Shown here: positions 20,795 through 29,448 of the stretch, one piece after another | Layout: the number at the start of each line of letters is the position of its first letter | Numbering within the stretch: the first letter of the stretch is position 1 | Source of the DNA: an uncultured Clostridia bacterium | GTDB taxonomy: Bacteria > Bacillota > Clostridia > Christensenellales > Aristaeellaceae | Direction of reading: 5' to 3' | Assembly (NCBI GenBank): GCA_946187775.1 | Contig: CAMHSI010000001.1 | Location: 20,988-84,987, forward strand | Length of the DNA stretch: 64,000 nucleotides | Made by a program: the position numbers and the translations under genes | Notes under the pieces: model-generated | Told to the model about the DNA's origin: nothing | What the model saw: the letters and a program-made list of their open reading frames with translations, nothing else | Databases searched by the model: none

Positions 20795-21664
20795 ATGGCA
20801 GCGATCGGAGGAACAAAGGTCAATCCGAAGAAATTCCACAAAAACCAGATTCCGTTCTATCTGTATCTTGTCCCGATTGCGATTTTCATGGGGATGCCGA
20901 TTGTATATATCATCAATCACGCCTTCAAACCCATGGATGAACTGTTCGCTTTCCCGCCGAAATTCTTTGTCAGCCATCCTTCGCTGATCAACTTCCAGAA
21001 CCTGTTCCAGGCGGCAGGCACCAGCAGCATTCCCTTCAGCCGCTACGTTTTCAACAGCCTGGTGGTGACGGTGGCGGTGGTGGGGCTCAGCGTGCTGATC
21101 AGCACCATGGCGGCCTTCGCACTGAGCAAGATGAAATTCCGTTTCAAAAAGCCGATTTTTGAAATCAACAACCTGGCCCTGATGTTTGTGGCCACCGCGG
21201 TGACCATTCCCCGGTACCTGACCATCAGCCAGATCGGAATCCTGGATACCTACTGGGCGCACATCCTTCCCCAGGTGGCGATGCCGGTCTGCCTGTTCCT
21301 GATCAAGCAGTTTGTGGACGGGGTTCCCAACAGCCTGATTGAGGCGGCGCAGCTGGAGGGCGCGGGCAGCTGGAAAATCTACTACAAGATCATTCTTCCG
21401 CTGATCAAGCCCGCGATTGCCACCGGCGCGATCCTGGTGTTCCAGAATGTATGGAACAATATCGAAACCAGCAACCTTTTCACTACGAGCGAGGGAATCA
21501 AAACGCTGGCTTTCTACATGAACACGCTGTCCACGGCGGGCTCCGTACAGGGGCAGGGCATGGCGGCGGCAGCTTCGCTGATCATGTTTATTCCGAACCT
21601 GCTGCTGTTCATCGTGATGCAGAGCAGCGTTATGAACACGATGGCGCACAGCGGACTGAAGTAA
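20795..21664 (+). CDS. Carbohydrate ABC permease (MalG-type) 1
   Basis: YVFNSLVV, SLIEAAQLEGA and FQNVWN. Confidence 0.93.
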   Translation: MAAIGGTKVNPKKFHKNQIPFYLYLVPIAIFMGMPIVYIINHAFKPMDELFAFPPKFFVSHPSLINFQNLFQAAGTSSIPFSRYVFNSLVVTVAVVGLSVLISTMAAFALSKMKFRFKKPIFEINNLALMFVATAVTIPRYLTISQIGILDTYWAHILPQVAMPVCLFLIKQFVDGVPNSLIEAAQLEGAGSWKIYYKIILPLIKPAIATGAILVFQNVWNNIETSNLFTTSEGIKTLAFYMNTLSTAGSVQGQGMAAAASLIMFIPNLLLFIVMQSSVMNTMAHSGLK

Positions 21665-21677
21665 GGAGGGAAAAGGA

Positions 21678-23717
21678 GTGAAAAAAAGGATCCTGATCCT
21701 GATGCTCCTGTGCCTCCTGCTGGTATCCGCCGTCGGGGCGCAGGCATCCACGCCTTACCGGACGTTTACCCTGGGCGTGAACAAGGAGCTGGTGGAAACG
21801 CAGACGGCCTATGAGCCGGTGCGGAGCATGATCCGTTTCGGGGAGGAGACCCTGAAAGATCCTCAGGACCTGAGGATGGGAAAGGACGGAAACCTCTATA
21901 TTGCCGATACGGGCAACAAGCGGGTTCTGGTGGTTACCCGGGAGGGCGAACTGATCCGGGAAATCAAGGACAAGAAGAACATGAAAACGCCCAGCGGCGT
22001 AAACGTGGACGAGGAAGGCAACATCTACGTTGCCGACGAGAGCAGCCGGGCGGTGCTGGTGTACAACAAGGAAGGCACCCTGATCCGGACCTGGGGACGG
22101 CCGACCCACCCCCTCTTCGGGGAAACGGCTCCCTATAAGCCCAGGAAGGTCGTAATCGACAAGCGGGGGAACCTGTACATCTCCAGCAAGGGCAACACCA
22201 ACGGCATCGTGCAGCTGAGCCCTGCCGGGGAGGGAGAGTTCCTGGGCTACTACGGCGCGAACACCTCCAGCGTCAGCTTCCTGACGGCAATCCGGAAAGC
22301 CATCTTCTCGGAAGAGCAACTGTCCGGTATGGCGGGAATCATCCCCATCAGCGTGGAGAACCTGTGCATTGACGATAAGGGAATGGTTTACGCGGTCAGC
22401 CAGACCAACGACGAGCGGAGCCTGCGGCGGCTGAACGTGGCCGGGCGCAACACGATGGTTCCGGACTTCTGGACGGAGCTGACCACCGCGGTGGCGGTGT
22501 CGGAGGGCGGAAGCGTCTTCACGGCCAACGCCAACGGGCGGATCGTGGAATACACCTCGGAAGGAGACATGCTGTTCGTCTTCGGAGCCTTTGACAGCGG
22601 AGACCAGCGGATCGGAACCTTCAAGAGCGTGACGGGCATGGTGGCGGACGAGGAATACCGCCTGTACGTCCTCGACAGCGTGCTTGGAAGCATCCAGGTG
22701 CTGGAGCCGACGGAATTCACCTCCCTGGTGCACACCGCCTTCACCCTGTTCCAGAACGGTAAATACGAGGAAAGCAAGACCCCCTGGGGACAGGTGCAGC
22801 GGATGAACAGCCTCTTCACCTACGCCAATACGGGCATGGGCGAGGCGCTGTACCGGGAAGGGGAATACCAGGACGCCCTTACCAACTTCCGCAACAGCGG
22901 CAACCGGCAGGGGTATTCCGACGCCTGGTGGGAGCTGCGCAGCGACTGGCTGCACAGCCATGTAGGCCTCATCCTGATCCTGCTGGCAGCCCTGGTGGTG
23001 GTCTGGCAGGGACTGAAGCTGCTGAACCGGAAGACCCGGGTGCTGGCGCCTGCGGGCAAAGCCCTCCGGAAGATCGGGGACATCCGGATCCTGAACCAGA
23101 CCGGTTACTGTTTCCGGATGCTGAAGAATCCCTACGACTGCTGCTACGGGATCAAGCGGGAGAACCGGGCGTCCATCCTCAGCGCGGTCATTGTGCTGGT
23201 GCTGGTGTTTATCCTCATCGAAATCAGCAAATACTTCAGCGGATTCCTGTTCAAGACGGTTCAGGAAGGCCAGTATGAGGTGCTCAACGACGCGATCATG
23301 TTCTTCGGCGTATGGGCGCTGCTGGTGATCTGCTGTTACCTGGTCTGCACGATCAAGGAAGGTGAAGCGAGGTTCAGGGACCTGTTCATTGGCGCGTCCT
23401 ACGTGCTTACCCCGATGCTGGTCTTCCTGCCGATACGGATCCTGCTGACCAACGTGCTGACCTTCAACGAGGCGTTCTTCATCACGCTGATCGATGTGGT
23501 CAGCTACGGATGGACGGGACTCCTGGTGGTGCTGATGATCATGTACCTGAATGATTACAGCTTCAAACGGACGCTGGTCATTCTCATCCTTACGGCCTTC
23601 ACGGTGCTGATCGTGGCGGCACTGGGATTTGTGATCTGGGTCCTGGTGAACCAGCTGATTAACTTTGTTTCCGGAATTTACGGAGAGGTGGTGTATCGCT
23701 TTGTCAGGAGGACGTAA
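21678..23717 (+). CDS. NHL-repeat beta-propeller + TPR-like helices + YIP1-like membrane domain fusion
   Basis: Signal peptide; NHL repeats (GNLYIADTGNKRV, GNIYVADESSRAV, GNLYISS); TPR-like ANTGMGEALYREGEYQDAL; TM; then LKNPYD and about 5 TMs. Confidence 0.8.
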   Translation: MKKRILILMLLCLLLVSAVGAQASTPYRTFTLGVNKELVETQTAYEPVRSMIRFGEETLKDPQDLRMGKDGNLYIADTGNKRVLVVTREGELIREIKDKKNMKTPSGVNVDEEGNIYVADESSRAVLVYNKEGTLIRTWGRPTHPLFGETAPYKPRKVVIDKRGNLYISSKGNTNGIVQLSPAGEGEFLGYYGANTSSVSFLTAIRKAIFSEEQLSGMAGIIPISVENLCIDDKGMVYAVSQTNDERSLRRLNVAGRNTMVPDFWTELTTAVAVSEGGSVFTANANGRIVEYTSEGDMLFVFGAFDSGDQRIGTFKSVTGMVADEEYRLYVLDSVLGSIQVLEPTEFTSLVHTAFTLFQNGKYEESKTPWGQVQRMNSLFTYANTGMGEALYREGEYQDALTNFRNSGNRQGYSDAWWELRSDWLHSHVGLILILLAALVVVWQGLKLLNRKTRVLAPAGKALRKIGDIRILNQTGYCFRMLKNPYDCCYGIKRENRASILSAVIVLVLVFILIEISKYFSGFLFKTVQEGQYEVLNDAIMFFGVWALLVICCYLVCTIKEGEARFRDLFIGASYVLTPMLVFLPIRILLTNVLTFNEAFFITLIDVVSYGWTGLLVVLMIMYLNDYSFKRTLVILILTAFTVLIVAALGFVIWVLVNQLINFVSGIYGEVVYRFVRRT

Positions 23718-25929
23718 GATCATCTGCGTGATGCTTGCCCTGCTGCTGGCCGCGATGCCCCTCTGGCTTGCCGCCGGAGAGGAGGCTCCCCAGGTTCAGG
23801 ACGCGGAGACGGCTGCGGAAAGTGAAGCCGTCCGTGAGGACACGATCCCTGCGGAATACGAGAAAATTGCGGAAAACAGCCGGTTCAACCTGTACCTGAG
23901 GCGGGACACCCTGGCGCTGATCGCGGAGAGCAAAAACAGCGGGAAGGTGCTTTACTCAACGGTACAAAATCCGGACGAAATGAAGGATAACGCAACCTGG
24001 AAGGGCTTTTACCAGAGCGGAATCGTCATGGAATACCTGGAGGGCGTCAAGAGCCTTCCCCTGCAGGCGGATTTCATCAATACCGCCAGCGAGATCGACC
24101 TGAAGCTGACAGGGGACGGGTACGAGGCGGAGGTCCTCTATCCGGAGATCGGCATCAGCTACAGCGTAGCCCTGAAGATGGACGAGCGCGGGTTCAGCGT
24201 AAGCATCCCGAAGAGCGGCATCCGGGAATCGGATCCGGAAAACTTCACCGTGTCCGGATTCTATGTCTACCCCTTCATGGGATACAGTTACCTGGGGCAG
24301 GACGACGGATACATGATCATCCCGGACGGACAGGGAGCGATCATCGAACTGAAGGACAACGAGGAACGGTACCAGAGTCCCTTTGACCGGGCGGTGTACG
24401 GCACCAACATCGGCATTGAGGACACGGTGTACAGCGACTGGGGCGTCAGCGCGGAGCAGGTGCTGCTGCCGGCCTTCGGCATGGTGCACGAGGACGACCA
24501 GATGGCGGTGCTGGGCTTCATTGAGAACGGGGACGCCGCGGCAAGGATCCAGGCGTACCCCAACGGGGTCCGGATGAAATTTGACTGGGTCTGCGCCCGG
24601 TACCTGTACCGGATGGTTTACAGCCAGCCCACCGGGCCGAATTCCTCCACCATCAGCATGCGCACGGAATATGCCCGGGAAATTGACATTGTGCAGCAGT
24701 TCCTGCTGGAGGAAGGCGAAACCGCCAATTACGCCGGCCTGGCCACCGCCCTGCGGGACTATATGACGGAAAAGGGGTATTTCGGCGAGGCGGAAACCGG
24801 GAACTTTGATATCGCCGTTGACTTTATCGGCGCGGAAACGGAAAACTTTGTGCTGGGAAAGCAGAGCGTCGTCATGACCTCCTTTGACCAGGCGGCCGAG
24901 ATCCTGAAGGAGCTCGGGAGCCGTGACGTGCACGAAATCAACGTGACCTACCGCGGCTGGCAGGAGGGCGGACTGATCGGAGCCCTGCCGACGGACGGAT
25001 ACAAGCCGGCGGGGGCCCTGGGCGGAGACAGCGGCCTGCAGCGGCTGAAGAGCGCTGCGGAAGGGCAGCGGGACAGGCTCAGCCTGGAGGCAGACTTCCT
25101 CCGCCTGAACACGGAAACCCATCCGCTGCTGTTTTATTCCAGCTTCAAGAAGATCACCAGCCAGACCTGGAAACGGCCTACCTTCGGCAAGGTATACGAC
25201 ACCCTGTACGCCCTGACGCCGAAAAAAAGCCTGGAGATCGGAAGAAACACCGTCCGGGAGCTGAGCGGGCACGGAATCGGCGGGATCACCCTGACGGGCA
25301 TTCCCACGCTGATGAGCGACTGCTACGAGGACAACCATTACCAGGATTCCACCAAGGTCATGAAAGCCTATGAGACCCTGGTGAAGGAAAGCAGCGAGCA
25401 GATGGAAACCATGCTGGAAAAGGCGAACTGCTACCTGTGGCGGTATGCGGCGGCCCTGAAGAACATGCCCATTGCCTGCTCGGATTACACCTATGTGAAG
25501 CGGGAAATCCCCTTCCTGGCCATTACGGTCAGCGGGAAGATTCCGTACTATACGGAATATGTCAACTTTCAGGCCAACACGACTAAATTCTTCCTCCACC
25601 TGGTGGAGCAGGGAACCCGTCCGACCTTCCTGATTACGGCGGAGGATCCCATCAAGCTGCAGAACACCAACAGCAACGATATCTACAGCGCGAAATGGGA
25701 TATGTACCAGGAGATGATTCCCCAGTGGTACGCGGAACTGAAGCAGCTGCATGAGGTGATCGGAAAGGCCCAGATTACCGGCCACACTTTCCGGGGAGAA
25801 CTGGTTCGGGTGGACTGGTCCAACGGCGTCCGGGTGTACGTGAACTTCGGCAGACAGGCAGCCGAAATGGACGGGGTTGCAGTGGAAAAAACCTCATATG
25901 TTATCCTGCAGGGGGGTGAACAGCCGTGA
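23701..25929 (+). CDS. DUF5696-like secreted protein
   Basis: Signal peptide; GYMIIPDGQGAII, LPAFGM and YRGWQEGG; position after the YIP1 gene; TTG 23701 preferred over 23665. Confidence 0.75.
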   Translation: MSGGRKIICVMLALLLAAMPLWLAAGEEAPQVQDAETAAESEAVREDTIPAEYEKIAENSRFNLYLRRDTLALIAESKNSGKVLYSTVQNPDEMKDNATWKGFYQSGIVMEYLEGVKSLPLQADFINTASEIDLKLTGDGYEAEVLYPEIGISYSVALKMDERGFSVSIPKSGIRESDPENFTVSGFYVYPFMGYSYLGQDDGYMIIPDGQGAIIELKDNEERYQSPFDRAVYGTNIGIEDTVYSDWGVSAEQVLLPAFGMVHEDDQMAVLGFIENGDAAARIQAYPNGVRMKFDWVCARYLYRMVYSQPTGPNSSTISMRTEYAREIDIVQQFLLEEGETANYAGLATALRDYMTEKGYFGEAETGNFDIAVDFIGAETENFVLGKQSVVMTSFDQAAEILKELGSRDVHEINVTYRGWQEGGLIGALPTDGYKPAGALGGDSGLQRLKSAAEGQRDRLSLEADFLRLNTETHPLLFYSSFKKITSQTWKRPTFGKVYDTLYALTPKKSLEIGRNTVRELSGHGIGGITLTGIPTLMSDCYEDNHYQDSTKVMKAYETLVKESSEQMETMLEKANCYLWRYAAALKNMPIACSDYTYVKREIPFLAITVSGKIPYYTEYVNFQANTTKFFLHLVEQGTRPTFLITAEDPIKLQNTNSNDIYSAKWDMYQEMIPQWYAELKQLHEVIGKAQITGHTFRGELVRVDWSNGVRVYVNFGRQAAEMDGVAVEKTSYVILQGGEQP

Positions 25930-26861
25930 GCAAAAAGCAGAGGAACCCTCATGACAAGCGTCGCCTGACGAAAAGAATGGTCCGGGAATGGGGATGGGGC
26001 TACCTGTTTGTTGCCCCGTGGATTGTCGGCGTCAGCATCTTTTTCCTGCGGTCCATGGTGCAGAGCCTGCAGTTCGCCTTCAACCGGGTGGAGCTGTCCA
26101 ACGGCGTCATCCTGCACCCGCTTGAGAACGGCATTTTTGAGAACTTTGTCAAGGTATTCACCACGGATGTCAATTTCCCGATGATCCTGGCGAATTTCGG
26201 CATCGGCCTGGTGCTGCAGCTGCCGGTAATCATCTCCTTCAGCCTGATTATTGCCCTGCTGCTGAACAGCAAAATCCGGTGCCGCGGCCTGTTCCGGCTG
26301 ATCTTCTTCCTCCCGGTGATTATCGCCACCGGGCCGGTGATGAACCAGCTGTCGGCCCAGGGCGTCTCCAGCGTTCCCATGGTCAGCCAGAATGCCCTGC
26401 TGGGGGTGCTGCAGGGACTGCCGGAATTCATCTATGAGCCCATCAACAACCTGTTTTCCAGCCTGATCATGATCCTGTGGAACAGCGGTATCCAGATCCT
26501 GATCTTCCTGGCGGGGCTGCAGAAGGTGCCCAGGGCCATGTATGAGGCGGCCAAAATCGACGGGGCCAGCGCCTGGGAGACATTCTGGAAGATCACGCTG
26601 CCCAGCGTGAAAAGCCTGATCCTGCTGAATTCCATCTACACCGTTGTCACCCTCGCCACCGGCGGCAGCAATGAAATCATCGAGCTGATCTATACCGCCA
26701 CCTACACGGCGACACAGGGCTACAGCTACGCCATGGCGATGAGCTGGATCTACACGGCGGTGGTCGCGGTGATTCTGATTATTGTCTTCCTGCTTCTGAA
26801 GGAAAAGAGCGACCGGAAAGTGGTTTACGAACAGAAGCGCGTGGTCATGAAGGGAGTGTAA
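25926..26861 (+). CDS. Carbohydrate ABC permease (MalF-type) 2
   Basis: GYLFVAPW, RLIFFLPVII and MYEAAKIDGASAWETFWKITLP. Confidence 0.93.
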   Translation: MSKKQRNPHDKRRLTKRMVREWGWGYLFVAPWIVGVSIFFLRSMVQSLQFAFNRVELSNGVILHPLENGIFENFVKVFTTDVNFPMILANFGIGLVLQLPVIISFSLIIALLLNSKIRCRGLFRLIFFLPVIIATGPVMNQLSAQGVSSVPMVSQNALLGVLQGLPEFIYEPINNLFSSLIMILWNSGIQILIFLAGLQKVPRAMYEAAKIDGASAWETFWKITLPSVKSLILLNSIYTVVTLATGGSNEIIELIYTATYTATQGYSYAMAMSWIYTAVVAVILIIVFLLLKEKSDRKVVYEQKRVVMKGV

Positions 26862-26868
26862 CCGAAGC

Positions 26869-27861
26869 ATGAACGCAGTCATCGGGAAAGAAAGGAATGC
26901 GGCAGTCCGGCAGAACCGGAAGGAAAAATGGAAGAAGCGGTTCCTGGGCAGCGCGGAGAAGCGGGGATGGATCGGCAGCTTCGTGGTATACGCACTGCTG
27001 ATCGTGATCAGTTTCATCTTCGTTTATCCGGTACTGTACATGATCAGCCGCTCCCTAATGAGCCGCAGCGACCTGCTGGACTCGTCGGCCATGTGGATTC
27101 CCAGCAGCATTACGCTGCACAATTACGAGAGCGCGATCCTGACAATGGATTACTGGAACAGCCTGCTGAAGAACCTGTACCTGGCGGTGGTGCCCACGGT
27201 TGCCCAGGTGCTGATCTGCTCCGCGGTGGGCTATGGATTTGCCCGGTACAACTTCCCGGGAAAGAAAATCTGGATGGGAGTCCTGATCCTGGCTTTCCTG
27301 CTTCCCAGCCAGACCACCGCGCTCCCCAATTACCTGATTTTCCAGAACCTGAGGATGATCGACGGGACCATCAAGCCTTTCCTGATCACCTCGATCCTCG
27401 GGCAGGGATTCAAGAGCACCCTGTGTATCCTGATTTTCTACAATTTCCACAAGCAGACGCCCCAGAGCCTCATCGAGGCGGCGGAAATTGACGGAGCGGG
27501 GCATATCAAGGCCTATTTCCGGATTGCCCTGCCGCTGGCTACGGCGGCCATCGTGGTTGTGACGCTGTTCAGCTTTGTCTGGTACTGGAATGAAACGTAC
27601 CTGGTCCGGAATTACCTGGGCTACGGAACAACCCGGGCGACGGGACTGACGACCCTGATGCTGGAGCTGAACGCCTTTGAGGACAGCTACGCCAGCGCCT
27701 ATACGACCTGGGCTTCCAGTGTTACCAGCTCGGACCGGATCAACGACGCGATCCGGATGGCGGGAACGGTGCTGGCCATCGCGCCGCTGATGATCTTCTA
27801 CTTTGTGCTGCAGAAGCAGTTTGTCGAAAGCGTCGACCGTGCCGGAATCACCGGCGAGTAA
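26869..27861 (+). CDS. Carbohydrate ABC permease (MalG-type) 2
   Basis: GYGFARYNFPGK, LIEAAEIDGA, FVWYWNE and QKQFVESVDRAGITG. Confidence 0.93.
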   Translation: MNAVIGKERNAAVRQNRKEKWKKRFLGSAEKRGWIGSFVVYALLIVISFIFVYPVLYMISRSLMSRSDLLDSSAMWIPSSITLHNYESAILTMDYWNSLLKNLYLAVVPTVAQVLICSAVGYGFARYNFPGKKIWMGVLILAFLLPSQTTALPNYLIFQNLRMIDGTIKPFLITSILGQGFKSTLCILIFYNFHKQTPQSLIEAAEIDGAGHIKAYFRIALPLATAAIVVVTLFSFVWYWNETYLVRNYLGYGTTRATGLTTLMLELNAFEDSYASAYTTWASSVTSSDRINDAIRMAGTVLAIAPLMIFYFVLQKQFVESVDRAGITGE

Positions 27862-27921
27862 TCTCCCCGTATCGAAGCCAGTGATGGCTAGAGATAAAAC
27901 ATTATGAAGGAGGAAGACCCA

Positions 27922-29352
27922 ATGAAGAAAATCCTGGCACTCATCCTGACCCTGGCAATGCTGATCGGCGTTGTGTCCTTCGCAGGCGCGGAAGGAACCT
28001 ACAACATGCCCGAAATGAACACGACAGACCCGATCACCCTGACCTTCATGACCTGGGACGATTTTGAAATGACCGAAGCCCTGGCCAAGAAGTTCATGGA
28101 AAAGTATCCGAACATTACGGTTGAAGTGATCCGCACCACCACGGCTGACGTGGCCGGCGAGCTGCTGAACCGCGCTGCCACCAACGACCTGCCGGACGTG
28201 TATTTCTGGCTGGACCTGGAGCCCCTGATGGCCAGCAAATACATGTACGACATCACCGAGTACATCGAGAACGATGAGGAAGCCCAGACCAGCCTGTACG
28301 ACACCCTGAAGCGGGTCGGCTACCTGGATGGAAAACGCTGCTACTTCATGGCCGGTGAATTCCTGCCCGCCACCGTGTACTGCGACGCCAACGTTTTCGA
28401 GAAGATGAACGTGGAACTGCCTGCCCAGGACTGGAAATGGGAAGACATGCTCGCTCTGATCGACAAGCTGGCGGATCCGTCCCAGGGCTACTGGGGACAT
28501 TTCGGCGGCATGTACAGCTATGTGACCCAGGGACCGCTCTCCCTGACCAGCAACGCCATCGGCGAATTCGGCTGGGACGGCGAGAAGTATGACTTCTCCT
28601 CCGGCTGGGTGGACGCTGTTGAAACCATGATTGAAAACAACCGTCTGGGCAAGGACCTGAACGTCACCTCCGATGAGTATGTGGCTTTGAACCTGGGCGA
28701 CGAGTGGGGCGGCCAGACCGGCCATGTGGGCATTGTGACCGACGCCTTCTGGACCCTGAACAATATCTACACCAAGCCCATCTGCCTCGACCGCGGCACC
28801 AAGATGATCCCCTACAACCCGCCGTTAGGCGCGGACGCCGAGAATGCCGCCCAGCTGGCCTTCCTGGATATGTATTCCATCTCCGCCACCTGCGAGCATC
28901 CCCGCGAGGCTTATGAACTGGCCAAGTACCTGACCTGGGGCAAGGAAGGCTGGCTCGAGCGGATCAAGCTGTTCCCTGAAATCACCTGGGAAGCCACCGG
29001 AGAAAAGGCTTATGACGTTCCCAACTGCCTGCCGATGGTTACGGACGAAGAAGTGGTTGCCAAGTATGTCGAGCTGATGCCCGACCTGGGATACTGGAAC
29101 GACTGGGCTGCCTTCATGGACGGCATCCAGAACCCCGTGACCTGGGGCAGCCGCACGATTCCCGGCTTCGCTTCCTTCGTGAACAATTACTATCATGGCT
29201 CCGACTATAACGGAACCGTGGGTATCGAAGCCGCCATCGCTGCCGGCACTGTGGATCCCTATGACTATACCGATATCCTGGCGGAAGCCGGACGGAAGTA
29301 CTACGACGAAGCTATGGAAGTTTTCTACGGCGTATACGGAAAGCCCGAATAA
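27922..29352 (+). CDS. Sugar ABC solute-binding protein (family 1)
   Basis: Signal peptide, ITLTFMTW, LPDV, DWKWEDML and EHPREAYEL; start moved to ATG 27922 after AGGAGG. Confidence 0.88.
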   Translation: MKKILALILTLAMLIGVVSFAGAEGTYNMPEMNTTDPITLTFMTWDDFEMTEALAKKFMEKYPNITVEVIRTTTADVAGELLNRAATNDLPDVYFWLDLEPLMASKYMYDITEYIENDEEAQTSLYDTLKRVGYLDGKRCYFMAGEFLPATVYCDANVFEKMNVELPAQDWKWEDMLALIDKLADPSQGYWGHFGGMYSYVTQGPLSLTSNAIGEFGWDGEKYDFSSGWVDAVETMIENNRLGKDLNVTSDEYVALNLGDEWGGQTGHVGIVTDAFWTLNNIYTKPICLDRGTKMIPYNPPLGADAENAAQLAFLDMYSISATCEHPREAYELAKYLTWGKEGWLERIKLFPEITWEATGEKAYDVPNCLPMVTDEEVVAKYVELMPDLGYWNDWAAFMDGIQNPVTWGSRTIPGFASFVNNYYHGSDYNGTVGIEAAIAAGTVDPYDYTDILAEAGRKYYDEAMEVFYGVYGKPE

Positions 29353-29373
29353 GCCGGACGGTAACCATCGACC

Positions 29374-29398
29374 GGGGAGGAGCGCAACGCTCCTCCCC
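29374..29398 (+). terminator. Strong intra-operon stem-loop after the SBP gene (partial terminator or stabiliser)
   Basis: ggggaggagcg-caa-cgctcctcccc with a weak U tail. Confidence 0.65.
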
Positions 29399-29448
29399 AT
29401 TCTGATAAAAAACGCGGGCAGGGCTCCGCGGAGGAAGGGGAGAATACT

